A DNA stretch of 64,000 nucleotides from an uncultured Chthonomonadaceae bacterium (GCA_963817895.1 CAWFQB010000001.1:416001-480000); one strand, 5' to 3'. Counted from the first letter of the stretch, positions 10,769 to 21,616 are shown. Made by a program: numbers and translations. The notes: generated from the sequence alone by a model not told the origin.

Positions 10769-10797
10769 TTGACATTCCAACGGGGAATTGCTATAAT
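10769..10797 (+). promoter_or_regulatory. Perfect consensus sigma70 promoter (TTGACA-N17-TATAAT, with extended -10 TG) for the TA pair
   Basis: ttgaca 10769-10774, tgc-tataat ending at 10797, ~55 nt upstream of ATG 10853. Confidence 0.85.
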
Positions 10798-10852
10798 GAG
10801 GTTATACTTCTGCTGACCAACTGAGTACAATGCTGCGAGGAGGGCGCGAAAC

Positions 10853-11128
10853 ATGGCGACTACCTATAAGTCCGACAAATTAAAACAGGTATCGGCTATG
10901 ATTGCCAACTTGGACGACAAGCAACTCTCCAGCCTGCAAGCCGCGCTGAAGGAAGTTTCGGATGACGAAAATGCGCGTTTTCAAACCGTCACAGCGGACG
11001 AACAGCAACTAACGCCGGAAGAGGGCTGCATTCTAATGGAAGCGTTCAATAGCCCTGCGCGCGAGCCATCGGCGCGGATGCTGGAAGCGGTAGCCAATTA
11101 TAAGCGCATTATGTCCGAGACACTTTAG
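10853..11128 (+). CDS. Probable antitoxin of the GNAT toxin (DUF1778/TacA-like C-terminus)
   Basis: LTPEE...LMEAFNSPAREPSARMLEA pattern; precedes the GNAT gene. Confidence 0.7.
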   Translation: MATTYKSDKLKQVSAMIANLDDKQLSSLQAALKEVSDDENARFQTVTADEQQLTPEEGCILMEAFNSPAREPSARMLEAVANYKRIMSETL

Positions 11129-11142
11129 TTGATGTAGATACC

Positions 11143-11670
11143 ATGCAGCCTTCCTCCCGTTTCCGATTTGAACTCCTCACAGAGCAGCATGACCTTACTT
11201 CGTTTGATTGTGGAAATGCTGCTCTGAACGATTATCTGGACATTTATGCCAAACGCGATGTCAGGATCAATCTGCGGCGAACCTACCTCCTGCTGGATTA
11301 CTCCCAATCTCCGGCGTTTGTTGCCGGGTATTTCACGCTTTGTGTTGATACCGCTGAGTTCTGGCATCAAACTGTCTTTGGAACTATCCGTCAGCCACTA
11401 ATTCTTCTGGATTACCTCGCCCGCCATGTCAATTACAAGCGCATGGGAATTGGGGACGCGCTGTTGATACAGGCGTTTCGCGTCACGGTTGATGTTGCCG
11501 CCAGAGTAGGCGTTTCGGGAATGCACATCCGCGAAGCCACCAAAGCAGGCAAAAGATTGTACATGCGCGACGTGTACGGCTTTACCATGCACCCTTGCTC
11601 CGCTATTGACAGGGACAAGGGTTTGTACCTTCCCCTCAACGACATTCAGGCTATTTTAGAGAAGCTGTAG
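11143..11670 (+). CDS. GNAT acetyltransferase toxin (AtaT/TacT-like)
   Basis: HDLTSFDCGNAALNDYL...VAGYFTL...LARHVNYKRMGIGDALLIQA. Confidence 0.85.
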   Translation: MQPSSRFRFELLTEQHDLTSFDCGNAALNDYLDIYAKRDVRINLRRTYLLLDYSQSPAFVAGYFTLCVDTAEFWHQTVFGTIRQPLILLDYLARHVNYKRMGIGDALLIQAFRVTVDVAARVGVSGMHIREATKAGKRLYMRDVYGFTMHPCSAIDRDKGLYLPLNDIQAILEKL

Positions 11671-11674
11671 CGTT

Positions 11675-14587
11675 TCACTTTTTGCCGGTCAGGTGGGCAA
11701 TGGCGGCTTCCAGTATTTCGTCTTTGCCCTGACGGATGCCTTCAACCGTCGGCGCGACTCGGATGTTGGGCTGGATGCCGACGCGCTGGAGTTGGCGACC
11801 GTCGGCGTGGCGCACGTCGTGGCCGGTGAAGTTGACCTGAATGTTGCCGGGGAGAATGACATTGGTAACGTCGCCGTTCGCGCCCATTGTCGGCGTCCCG
11901 ATGAAGGTTGTGGGCGTACACGACTCGATGAACAGGCAGGTATGCTCGGCCTGACTGATGGCGTCCTCGTTGATTAAGACCACCACTTTGCCTTTGTATA
12001 TGTCGCCCTTGCCGCCCTCGGCATACTGAACGAACTGAAGGGTTGTGGCAACGTCCCCGTCCGGGGTGTGCGGTTCGGGACGCTGGAAGCGGGCGGCGGG
12101 TACGCGCTTATTCGTAAGATGCGGCGCAATCGTCCACGCGGTTCCATTGGGATAGCCGCGCATATCGAAAATCAGGCCGGGAGTGTCCTTCACCTTGATA
12201 AAAGCTTCGTTCACCTGCTGCGGCGTCAATCGCGCCAGATCCATGTAGCCCAAACCGGACGGTAGGACGCCGAAAACGGGTGTGGTTCGGGACGGCGGGA
12301 CCACATACGGCACGGAACAGGCGAGTTCCACCTCGCGAACGGTCCCGTCTTTGCCCTGAACCCGCGCGGTTATCTTGCCGCCGGGATTGCCGCGCAATAG
12401 ATACGGGGCGATGCGTCCGCTCAACGCCTGCGGCGTGGACGCGGCGAACAAACGGCCCAATGCCTCGCGCCGTTTGGCAATGTCTTCGCCGTTCAGCGCG
12501 AAAATCGTATCCCCAACTTCAATACCCCCAACGTTAGCCTTCTGCCCTTCGGCAATCGCAACCACAACGGTTTTGCCCTCGATCTCTTTCAGCGCGAGGG
12601 GCGCGGTTGCTCCTCCCAACTGCTGTTCCAGAACGGGATTGCGCGTGAAGCCGTGCGAGTCGTCCAAGCGGGCAACAAGATGCGCGACGGTTGTGGCGTA
12701 ATCCAGCGCGTTGGCGTTGGGTTCAAATTGGGGAATGAAATCCGTCAGGGTTTTGTCCCAACTCGTGTCCATTAAATGCTTGTAGGGATAAAAGTAGTGG
12801 ATCACGTTCCATAAGCGGAACAGGGACAGCAGGCGGTATTCGGCGTTGGGATACGACATGCCAGGATAGGTGTTTTCCGGGCGCGCGCTCAACCCGGCGG
12901 GCGCGGCAAGTGGTGTTTTTGCGGTTCCCATCGGCTGAAGCGCGGCTTTACGCGCGGCGACAAAGGCGGGGTTCGCGTCGCTCCGATCTTTCGAGACGGG
13001 AACGGTCAGGTCGGGATGAAAGCCGATGCCGCCGCTCGGACTGACGAATTCCCCGGTTCGCAATGTCACAGTAACATTGTCGGGCAGGGTCATGGCGTAG
13101 GTTTCCGCGCCCCCATCCGTTTGCGACTCGCCCTCCTGCACGATTGTTGCCAGTTTCGCTGCCTGCAAGCCGCTGATTATATCGGCAATGCCGCCAGAAT
13201 TAGGGTTGACGAGAAACGTCATGCGGGGCGAGGCGGCAGACGGGCTTCTTCGCGCCCGCATCACTTCGGCCTGCCGCGTCACCCACGCCGCATAGTAGCC
13301 GCCGCTGGTTCCGCCGGATTGGGGCGGATAGCCGGAGTACAGGCGATGCCGGGACGTGGCGAGGGATAAATCCGAAGTGAGCAGCAGGGGAAGCGCCTGT
13401 TCAAAACTGTAGCGGAAGGAATACGCCGCTATCTCGTCCGAAGACGTAGCGCGTAGATCGAAGATAACAGTCGAAGCCGCGCCCGCTTCCCGCATCACGG
13501 TGGCGAATTGGCTGATTTTGTCCATGTTGCCCGCAAACTGCGTCCAATCGTCGGCAACGATTAGGGCTGTTTTCCTGTCATCCAGCCAGCGGATATAGGG
13601 CTGTGGTTTGGCGGGATTGCCGTTTTTGCCGCCTGCCTGCGCGGATGGGGCATTGTCGCTGTTGGCGGGTTCGGCAGTGGTTCCCGGTGTCGGCTGCGTA
13701 TGGGTGGCCGGGTCATGGAGGGTTGCCAGCAGGCCGTCAATCGCGGCTTTGTACTCTCCGGCGTTTTTGGCCGCGCGAACTTTCGGGATTGCGGCAACAA
13801 GGGCGGCATCCCAATCATTATCTTTGTAGGCCAGCCAGGGATGGAAATATTTGGCCGCGCCCCAGACCCGGCACAATCCGGCCAACCGTTCGGTTGTTGC
13901 TGCCGAAGGCGCAGGCAGCGCAACCGCAGGCGTGGCGTCAACTTTGGCTTCCCTGGCATCGCCTTCGATGGTGAGGGAAACATTGTCCATCCACGCCTTA
14001 CCTGTTCCAATCAGCAGCAGTCCGAAGTTGATTTGCGCCGCGTCCGCTTCAACGTCGCCCACAATATCGAAGTCGCGCCACACTTTGTCGCCGACAGTAA
14101 GCGGATGGTCGTTCATGTTGTCGAACAGGCCCATGCCGCCTCCCGCCCGATCCACGCGCAGCCAGATTCGCGCCTGATCGCCCGGACCCGCAGCCTGCAA
14201 ACGCAGGGAAGCGTGGAAGTGGACACGCTTGCCCCGGTACGGCGTGGCGTCCATTGCCTGCATGATGTTGCCGAACGCCTGCCCGCCCGCCTTCACGTTC
14301 GGCCCGCCTGCCAGCAGGACGCACTGCCTGCCGCTTTTGGGTTTGTCATTGCTGATGACCGCGCTGTATCCAGCAGCCATAACCGGGGGCGGCACGAACC
14401 ATCCCGGCGGCGGCTGTCCCACAACGCCCTGCTCAAAATCCGGGTTGGCAACGCCGTTCGGTTTGTTTTGCGTTTTGGCCTGCCCTTGCATCATTGCGGG
14501 AGTTCCGGCAACGGTTTTCACCCCCGTATAAGCGGGCAGTAGCAGCGTCAACAAAACCGTCAGACCGGCACAACGGCGCATCATCAT
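11675..14587 (-). CDS. Secreted S41-family peptidase with N-terminal carbohydrate-binding-like domain and PDZ region
   Basis: GLIFDMRGYP, AISQAEH, GTPTMGANG, LQRVGIQP; duplicated LxRxWxxxxYFxPy helical module. Confidence 0.9.
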   Translation of the reverse strand: MMMRRCAGLTVLLTLLLPAYTGVKTVAGTPAMMQGQAKTQNKPNGVANPDFEQGVVGQPPPGWFVPPPVMAAGYSAVISNDKPKSGRQCVLLAGGPNVKAGGQAFGNIMQAMDATPYRGKRVHFHASLRLQAAGPGDQARIWLRVDRAGGGMGLFDNMNDHPLTVGDKVWRDFDIVGDVEADAAQINFGLLLIGTGKAWMDNVSLTIEGDAREAKVDATPAVALPAPSAATTERLAGLCRVWGAAKYFHPWLAYKDNDWDAALVAAIPKVRAAKNAGEYKAAIDGLLATLHDPATHTQPTPGTTAEPANSDNAPSAQAGGKNGNPAKPQPYIRWLDDRKTALIVADDWTQFAGNMDKISQFATVMREAGAASTVIFDLRATSSDEIAAYSFRYSFEQALPLLLTSDLSLATSRHRLYSGYPPQSGGTSGGYYAAWVTRQAEVMRARRSPSAASPRMTFLVNPNSGGIADIISGLQAAKLATIVQEGESQTDGGAETYAMTLPDNVTVTLRTGEFVSPSGGIGFHPDLTVPVSKDRSDANPAFVAARKAALQPMGTAKTPLAAPAGLSARPENTYPGMSYPNAEYRLLSLFRLWNVIHYFYPYKHLMDTSWDKTLTDFIPQFEPNANALDYATTVAHLVARLDDSHGFTRNPVLEQQLGGATAPLALKEIEGKTVVVAIAEGQKANVGGIEVGDTIFALNGEDIAKRREALGRLFAASTPQALSGRIAPYLLRGNPGGKITARVQGKDGTVREVELACSVPYVVPPSRTTPVFGVLPSGLGYMDLARLTPQQVNEAFIKVKDTPGLIFDMRGYPNGTAWTIAPHLTNKRVPAARFQRPEPHTPDGDVATTLQFVQYAEGGKGDIYKGKVVVLINEDAISQAEHTCLFIESCTPTTFIGTPTMGANGDVTNVILPGNIQVNFTGHDVRHADGRQLQRVGIQPNIRVAPTVEGIRQGKDEILEAAIAHLTGKK

Positions 14588-14669
14588 AACTTTGTCCTTT
14601 GCGTGTCATACTAAAGCCTAACAACCTAAAACCCTGAAACCTTAAAACCCTAACTACAGGAGTAAACGA

Positions 14670-15185
14670 ATGCCCGGCGCGAAAGCCCATGACATGATAA
14701 CCTTGATTACGGCGGCAGCGGCCAATGGCGCGTATTTTGCCTTTACGCCGCATCCGAATACGAATTTCGCCGCGCTGTTCACGATCTCCTACCTGTTTGC
14801 CGGATACGCCTGCGCGGGCGATCTGGATTTGGACAGTAAAGAGTACCGGCGCTGGGGATTGCTGCGATTTTTGTGGAAGCCGTACCAGATGTTGGTTCCG
14901 CACCGCTCGTGGGTGTCGCACGGATTGATATTAGGGGGCGTGATACGGGCGGCGTATCTCGCGCTTGTCTGCACACTTTTGGGGTGGCTTGTGGTATGGG
15001 GGATAAGCCGGTTGGGGCCGCATTACGACGCGACGCAGCTTGCGCAGCAGCAGTGGCAATCCCTGTTCGCGCTGGCGCAGGCGCATCCGCAGGAGACGCT
15101 CGCGCTGGCGAGCGGCTTCGTTCTGGCGGGAACCACGCATTCGCTTGCCGATATTATCTGGTCAGGTTTGAAACGCCGGTTTTGA
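14670..15185 (+). CDS. Membrane metal-binding protein (DUF2227-like)
   Basis: MPGAKAHD...DLDLDS...RWG...W.PY...PHRSWVSHG...HSLAD. Confidence 0.85.
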   Translation: MPGAKAHDMITLITAAAANGAYFAFTPHPNTNFAALFTISYLFAGYACAGDLDLDSKEYRRWGLLRFLWKPYQMLVPHRSWVSHGLILGGVIRAAYLALVCTLLGWLVVWGISRLGPHYDATQLAQQQWQSLFALAQAHPQETLALASGFVLAGTTHSLADIIWSGLKRRF

Positions 15186-15206
15186 ACTTTGAACCGGGAA
15201 AATAAG

Positions 15207-16025
15207 TTATTGCCCCAGTTTTTTCAGGGCGAGTTTCGCCTTCTCATTGCCTCCATCGGCGGCTTTGCGAAACCACTTCAAAGCCTCTTTATCATTTTGC
15301 GCGACGCCTAGGCCCTTGAAGTACATCACTCCGTAATTGAACATCGAATTTGGGTCGCCCGCGTCTACGCCTTTCGCATACCACTTGAGCGCTTCCGTAT
15401 AATCCTGCTTGACGCCCAGACCGTGTTCATACATGGCGCCGAGATTTAATACTCCTAAAGCGCTGCCTCCTTCGGCGGCTTTGCGATACCACTTGACGGC
15501 TTCTTTCTCATCTTTGGGGAGGCCAAAGCGACCAGCGGCATACATCGAGCCGAGGTTGGACATTGCGTTGGGATTGCCCGCATCGGCGGATTTACGAAAC
15601 CACTTGACGGCCTCGACGCCATCTTTGGCGATACCTATGCCGTTCAAGTACGCCACTCCGAGATTGTACATGCCGTGAGAATTGCCCGCGTCGGCGGCTT
15701 TGCGATACCACTTTGCGGCCTCTTTATCATCATGCGCGGCGGCGCACATCGCTCCGACATTGAACATTCCCAAAGGGCTGCCCGCATCGGCGGATTTGCG
15801 AAACCACTTTGCCGCTTCTACTTCATTTTTAGAAACGCCCTCGCCTTTCAAGTAGCATAAACCGACATTGTACATTGCATTCGCGTCGCCCCCGGCGGCG
15901 GCTTTGCTGTATTGCGAGAAGGCTGCCGCGCCATTCTGCGCGAGACTGAAAGACATGATGGTCGTCGTAAGCACAAGAGCGGCGCAGGCAGAAACGAGAG
16001 ATTTGCGGAAATGTTTGCAGTTCAC
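15207..16025 (-). CDS. Secreted Sel1-like repeat protein
   Basis: Repeated AMxNLGxxYxxGxGVxKDxxEAxKWxRKAAxxG units; signal peptide from the probable GTG start. Confidence 0.9.
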   Translation of the reverse strand: MNCKHFRKSLVSACAALVLTTTIMSFSLAQNGAAAFSQYSKAAAGGDANAMYNVGLCYLKGEGVSKNEVEAAKWFRKSADAGSPLGMFNVGAMCAAAHDDKEAAKWYRKAADAGNSHGMYNLGVAYLNGIGIAKDGVEAVKWFRKSADAGNPNAMSNLGSMYAAGRFGLPKDEKEAVKWYRKAAEGGSALGVLNLGAMYEHGLGVKQDYTEALKWYAKGVDAGDPNSMFNYGVMYFKGLGVAQNDKEALKWFRKAADGGNEKAKLALKKLGQ

Positions 16026-16070
16026 AGTGTTTTCCTTCCTTTCCGAACGATATTCCACAGGAATAGAAAC

Positions 16071-16791
16071 CTATTTGCCCATGCGAAGCAACTCCAGTTT
16101 TGCCTCGGCATTTCCGGCTTCGGCGGCTTTGCGAAGCCATTTGCGCGCTTCCGCATTATCTTTAGTAACGCCGCGACCGTCCGCGTACCGTGTTCCGAGC
16201 GCATACATTGCTTTCACGGATCCCGCTTCCGCGCCTTTGCGGTACCATTTCACGGCCTCCGTGTCGCTTTTAGGAACGCCCAGACCGCCTGCGTACATTA
16301 CTCCAAGACTGTTCATTCCGAACGAATCTCCCGAGGCGGCGGCTTTGCGAAACCACTTGACGGCTTCCACATTATCTTTGGCGACGCCGCGCCCCTCTGC
16401 GTACATCAAGCCGATATTGAACATGCCTAAGGACTCTCCCCCGGCGACGGCTTTGCGATACCACCGCATGGCCTCTTTCTCATTTTTGACGCCGCCACGC
16501 CCGTCTTCGTACAGCGCTCCGAGATTCAACATGGCGTGTGAACTCACCCGCTTCGGCGCCTCTGAGAAACCACTTGAAGGCTTCCCTGCCATTTTGGGGG
16601 ACGCCTTCACCGTTCAGGTACATTATTCCGAGATTGAACATAGCGGTTAAATCGCCCCCGGCGGCGGCTTTGCGGGTGAGCAGGAGGTCCGGCGCGTCGC
16701 CCTGCCCGCGAACGGCAGGCGTAATCCCTGTGGTAAGCATAAGGGCGGCGCAGACAGGAACGAGACACGCGCGGAAACGTTTGCAGAACAT
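16071..16791 (-). CDS. Secreted Sel1-like repeat protein (one frameshift near 16545); tandem paralog of the previous gene
   Basis: ORFs 16480..16890 and 16071..16610 join into continuous Sel1 repeats; signal peptide similar to the neighbour's. Confidence 0.85.
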
Positions 16792-16934
16792 GAGTTTCTC
16801 CTTCCAAACGACATGCGACAACGTCGAGAGACAATTATAACCTGTGTATAATACGGGTGTAGTTGTCTCTTGTTCCACGAATTGCGGCAAAGGAGGGGGA
16901 CACTATAAACGTGTCTGCTTCATAGCCATCGGCG

Positions 16935-19900
16935 CTAACGCATTCCCGCGTAGGCTTGCTGCCAGCCTGCGTTGGTGTTGATGAGGGCGAGGATTTGCGC
17001 GATGTCGGCGGCGTCGGTTTCGGGGAACAGGCCGTCCAGTCCGAGCGGGCTGTAATTGGTGAAGGGCTGCTCGTAGAGAAGGCCCGCGTCCATCACGCCG
17101 TTTCGAGTGAGGTATTCGATGATCTGGTTGATGAACCGAATCTGGTTGGCGTTGTAGGGGGAACCGGCCAGATATTTGCCGAACGCTTTGCGGACCGCCT
17201 CCGGTTCCAGCCCGACCAGTTTGCGGATAAACGCGCCCAGACTGTCGTTCGGGCGGTACGCCTGCTCGAACTGCGCGCGGCTCCCCTCGCCGCCCAATTC
17301 GTACAGCAGGTTTTCCAATGCCTTTACGTCATTTGTGGTGAGCGGCTCATTGTAGCGCAGTTTGACAACGGCGGGGTGTTCGCGCTGCGCGTTGAGGAAC
17401 GCTTCCACTTTTTTGCGGTACTGCGCGGCGTCTATGCCGGAAGCCAGTCCCGATAACGTCATCTCCACGCCCGCCCCAAGTTCGTCCTCAAAATCGGTAT
17501 AAATGGGAACGCGCCTGTCTTTGTCAATGTACTTCACCAGATCGCGCAGGCGTTTGCGAACGGTTTCCAGTTCCGCAACGGTGACGCCCATCCAGAATTC
17601 ATCGGTTTGTATCTCCTGAATCAGCGGCATTTGCGCGGCAACGAGGGGAATACTCTCTTTCATTTCCAAGCTGTCGGCAATGTCGCGCACCTGTGATTGC
17701 AGGCGCGGCAAGGCGGGTTCGGCGCGTAACAAAGCCAGTTGCAGGTTGAGCAGCAGCAGGTCGAACAGGCGGGCCGTAATGTCTTCCGGGTCGAGTTCGG
17801 AGGGGAGGCCGGCAAGCTGTTCGGCGATTTCGCTTGCCTGCTCGTTCGCCAGTTCGTCCCACACTTTGCGTTCGCCGTACTGTTCCACATAGCGGCGTTT
17901 GGGGCGCACGACAAAGTTATCCACGTTCATGGCCGCCACTTCGCCGTGCAATCTGTCCGCGAGTTCCACATCCAATGCGCCGTAGGCGGGTGACGCTTCC
18001 GCTACCTGAAGGGGCGCGGCCTGTTCGGACTGCGCGGTTTGCCGGACGGTTTGCAGCAGTTCCAATCGGCGCAGAAACAGTTTTGTGCCGAGCGCTTCCT
18101 GTGAAACGCCCTCCATGCCTTTGGGGTTCGCGCCAAAGTACTCGAAGTTCTGGCAGTAATCGAACACGGTGAAAAACGCTTTATCCCTGCCCGGTCCGAA
18201 CAGGTTAGGACGCAGGCGCGTACCCCTGCCGATCATCTGCCAGAACTTGGTTTTGGAACGAACGATTTTGAAAAAGACAAGATTGGCGACTTCGGGAACG
18301 TCTATGCCCGTATCCAGCATATCTACCGAAATGGCGATATGGGGATTGTTGTCGGGCGTGGAAAAGTCGTCCAGTATGTTCTGGGCGTAGGTTTCGTAGT
18401 GGTCAATCACGCGGGCGAAACGGCCTTTGAGATGCGGATAGTTGTGGTCGAACCGCTCCTGAATGAACAGCGCGTGTTCGTGGTTTTTGGCGAAGATGAT
18501 GGTTTTGGCGAGTCGGTCCCCGCCGTCCACTTTCTGCCCGTTGGTCATCAGGTCGCGCAATACCTTGTCTACCGTGTCCTTGTTGAACAGCCATTTGTTC
18601 AGGTCGTTCGCGTTCACCTCGTCGGGAATCGCGCCCTCCTCGCCCCAATCTTTGGCGTCCCATTCGGCCTGCTCGTCCTCGCTCAATTCGGCGTACTTGA
18701 TGCCCTCGCGCAGAAACTTGTCGGGAACGGAGAAGGCGCGGGGCGGAACCAGCCAGCCGTCGCGCACGGCCTCTTCCAGTTCATACGCGGAGGTGGGGAC
18801 GCCGCTTTCCAGATCGAAGAGTTTGTAGGTGTTCTTGTCCACTTCCGATTTGGGCGTGGCGGTCAGGCCGACAAGCAGGCTATCGAAGTAGCCGAAAATC
18901 GCGCCGTATTTCTGGTACACGCTGCGGTGCGCCTCGTCAATGACAACCAGATCGAAATGGCCTGAGCCGAACCGCCGCGCCCCGCTTTTCACATCATCTA
19001 TCAGGCCCATCATCGTCGGATAGGTGGACAGGTACACGCGGCTGCTCATGTCCTCTTTTTCCAGCACAAGGTTGACGGGCGTACTGCCGGGCAGATGCGT
19101 TTTGAAGGCATTGGCGGCCTGATTGACAAGCGCGACGCGATCCGCCAGAAACAGGACGCGCTTGATCCAGTTGCATTTTTGCAGCAGTTCGCACAGGGCA
19201 ATCACGGTTCGGGTTTTGCCCGCGCCCGTCGCCATAACCACAAGGCCTTTGCGCTGCTGCTTTTCCCATCCCGCGCACACGTCCCGAACGGCGAGATGCT
19301 GATACGGGCGTTCTACAATGGCGGTGTTGATGGGCGCGTTGGCGATGGGTTTGCGCGTTGTTCGGCGCTGAATCAGCAGTTCCAGTTCATCCTTTTTGTA
19401 AAAGCCCTGCACGGGTCGGGGCGGATAGTTCAGGTCGTCCCACAGCCACGTTTCGTAGCCGTTGGTGTAGAAGATAATCGGGCGCTGCCCGTACTTCGCC
19501 TGTAGACAGTCGGCATAGAGTTTGGCCTGCTGCTGCCCGATGCGCGAGTCTTTTTTGGCGCGTTTGGCCTCGACAACGGCAAGCGGCAGGCCGTTGTCGC
19601 CCCACAAAACATAATCCACGTAGCCTTTGCCCTGCGCGTTGGGCATGCCCGTGACGGGAAACTCGCGGTCTTCCGGTTTCAGCAGGGGCCAGCCCGCTTC
19701 GCGCAATAGCAAATCAATGAAGAAGTCGCGGGTCTGCGCTTCCGAATAATCGTGGTTGTCGGGAACCGCTTCGTTCTGCTTTTTGGCAAGCGCGACTTCG
19801 GCCTTCAGCTGCTTGATCTCGGCGTCCAGTTGCGTGGCGGTTTTCGTCGCGTCGTGCAGGGCGTCCGCCTGCGCTTTGAGGGTTTTGTCGCGGGCTTCCA

Positions 19901-20396
19901 GTTCGGCTTGCAGGGTTTGCAGTTGCTGCGCGGTCAGGGCCTTTTGCGCGGCGGCATGTTTGGCGCGGGCGGAAAGCAGGCTTGTATCGAAAGCGAGTCC
20001 GGCGTACAGGGCAATGTTCTGGCGGGTATACGTCCGGGCCAGCCACCAGCAGATATGAAACAGTTCCCGCGTGGCCTGTTCCGAATCGCGCGTTTCCACA
20101 TTCCGGCTGCTGTGAACCGCCTCGTTGCCCAAATCCTTGACAACCCGCGTTTTGACAAACACCTCGTTGGGAACCAGACGGCGAAACGTCGGCTCGTGAA
20201 GCAGGGCGGAAAGCGTATCATCGTAGGGCGGGGAAAGGGTCAGGTCATGCGCGTACAGCCAGTTGACCGCCAGTTCGAGCGCCCGGCGGGCATAAAAGCA
20301 GGCGGCGCGGGGATCGGTCAGGGCGAGGCTTTCCACGCGGGCGGCAGCCGTGTACAGTTCCGGCCATTCCGAATTTAGAAATTGAAAGTTAGACAT
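16935..20396 (-). CDS. hsdR: Type I restriction enzyme R subunit (EcoEI-like, N-terminal DUF4145-like domain)
   Basis: VDYVL...VVEAK nuclease motif, MATGAGKT, DEAH, LTATP, QMIGRGTR. Confidence 0.97.
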   Translation of the reverse strand: MSNFQFLNSEWPELYTAAARVESLALTDPRAACFYARRALELAVNWLYAHDLTLSPPYDDTLSALLHEPTFRRLVPNEVFVKTRVVKDLGNEAVHSSRNVETRDSEQATRELFHICWWLARTYTRQNIALYAGLAFDTSLLSARAKHAAAQKALTAQQLQTLQAELEARDKTLKAQADALHDATKTATQLDAEIKQLKAEVALAKKQNEAVPDNHDYSEAQTRDFFIDLLLREAGWPLLKPEDREFPVTGMPNAQGKGYVDYVLWGDNGLPLAVVEAKRAKKDSRIGQQQAKLYADCLQAKYGQRPIIFYTNGYETWLWDDLNYPPRPVQGFYKKDELELLIQRRTTRKPIANAPINTAIVERPYQHLAVRDVCAGWEKQQRKGLVVMATGAGKTRTVIALCELLQKCNWIKRVLFLADRVALVNQAANAFKTHLPGSTPVNLVLEKEDMSSRVYLSTYPTMMGLIDDVKSGARRFGSGHFDLVVIDEAHRSVYQKYGAIFGYFDSLLVGLTATPKSEVDKNTYKLFDLESGVPTSAYELEEAVRDGWLVPPRAFSVPDKFLREGIKYAELSEDEQAEWDAKDWGEEGAIPDEVNANDLNKWLFNKDTVDKVLRDLMTNGQKVDGGDRLAKTIIFAKNHEHALFIQERFDHNYPHLKGRFARVIDHYETYAQNILDDFSTPDNNPHIAISVDMLDTGIDVPEVANLVFFKIVRSKTKFWQMIGRGTRLRPNLFGPGRDKAFFTVFDYCQNFEYFGANPKGMEGVSQEALGTKLFLRRLELLQTVRQTAQSEQAAPLQVAEASPAYGALDVELADRLHGEVAAMNVDNFVVRPKRRYVEQYGERKVWDELANEQASEIAEQLAGLPSELDPEDITARLFDLLLLNLQLALLRAEPALPRLQSQVRDIADSLEMKESIPLVAAQMPLIQEIQTDEFWMGVTVAELETVRKRLRDLVKYIDKDRRVPIYTDFEDELGAGVEMTLSGLASGIDAAQYRKKVEAFLNAQREHPAVVKLRYNEPLTTNDVKALENLLYELGGEGSRAQFEQAYRPNDSLGAFIRKLVGLEPEAVRKAFGKYLAGSPYNANQIRFINQIIEYLTRNGVMDAGLLYEQPFTNYSPLGLDGLFPETDAADIAQILALINTNAGWQQAYAGMR

Positions 20397-21616
20397 GGCG
20401 GTATGGGCGTTTCGGTCGTGTTCGTTTCGGTCGGCGGTGACGAAAAGGCTTGCTGCTGAAGCGACGTAAACAGCGTCTCTAAATGGCTTAATGACTTTTG
20501 ATGTGGTTCGCGCATAGCGCGAATTGCTGCCACTTTCTTTTCATACTCACTCTGAAGCGGTGAAGGCGGAACCATTATTGGAATAGTTTTCAATTCACTG
20601 GCATTGATGTTTGCCATGCCAATAATGCTTTTGCACATGTTACGCAGAACCGTCTTGCCGTGAACACTGTTGAGGTATGCGGAAATGTACTCGGAACTAT
20701 GTTCTGGTTTCGGGCGCACTCGTATTAAATAGCCTGCGTAAGCCATTAGTTTTTCTTCGCGGTATACAGCGGTTTTTCCTACCAATTCCTTGCTGTTGGT
20801 TCGATTGAAAAGAATATCTCCACGACGAACAAGGTATTTGGGTTGCTCTGCTTTGGTAAGGTCAATATACTTCAAGTCCGCAAAGTTCCAACTGCCATCA
20901 TACGTGATGTTACCCATACGCAAAATGGGAAACGCGCCTTCGGAACCAGCTTTGCTGCTTGTTCCATAAGAAACGTCTTGTACCATGTCACCAATCGTAG
21001 CCAATTCCCAACCTTTGGTATTTGTCACCGGGTCGCCGAACATATCCAGAAAGACCGACTGCAAGAGCGCGTCGAGTTTGGCGAGGGCTTCGCGGCGTTT
21101 GCGGCGCAGGGCGTCGGCTTCGTCGAGAATGGTGGCGATGCGTTTTTGTTCGGCAAGGGGCGGGAGTGGAATCCTGATTTCTTTCAGGTTCGAAATAGAA
21201 ACGCTTGCCTGATTCACTGAAGGATTAATTATCCGTTCTAAGGGAACGCGAAAGTTCGGTGAACGTAGGAAACGCAACAGAAAGCGCGAATATGTGATTT
21301 CAGGATTGGTACGAAGACAAAGCAAGTTCATTCCATGAACCAGCGTTTCCGGGTTGCCTTCATACATTGCACACTTCCCTAAATGCTCAATGCTATTGAT
21401 GTGGCTAAAAAGGATGTCCCCTTCTTCCAGCAACCATCCTTTGCATTGAGATAATTCTAATCCAGCATAGCCTACTTTTTCAGCGTTGATGATTGCTTTT
21501 GAAATAGTCTCAATCCGCGTTATAGGCAAGCCGCCTTCGGACTTTGATTGTTTCACAGAAAGACCATTACGCATGAATAAGAGTGTGTCACCTAATCGCA
21601 CAAAGTTTTCGTTCAT
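20375..21616 (-). CDS. hsdS: Type I RM specificity subunit
   Basis: Two TRDs separated by PLPPLAEQKRIA...LLQSVFLDMFGDP. Confidence 0.95.
   Translation of the reverse strand: MNENFVRLGDTLLFMRNGLSVKQSKSEGGLPITRIETISKAIINAEKVGYAGLELSQCKGWLLEEGDILFSHINSIEHLGKCAMYEGNPETLVHGMNLLCLRTNPEITYSRFLLRFLRSPNFRVPLERIINPSVNQASVSISNLKEIRIPLPPLAEQKRIATILDEADALRRKRREALAKLDALLQSVFLDMFGDPVTNTKGWELATIGDMVQDVSYGTSSKAGSEGAFPILRMGNITYDGSWNFADLKYIDLTKAEQPKYLVRRGDILFNRTNSKELVGKTAVYREEKLMAYAGYLIRVRPKPEHSSEYISAYLNSVHGKTVLRNMCKSIIGMANINASELKTIPIMVPPSPLQSEYEKKVAAIRAMREPHQKSLSHLETLFTSLQQQAFSSPPTETNTTETPIPPCLTFNF

Noticed and set aside
15207..16791. Sel1 tandem as a novel repeat system
   Set aside because: Ordinary tandem paralogs of a common repeat family.
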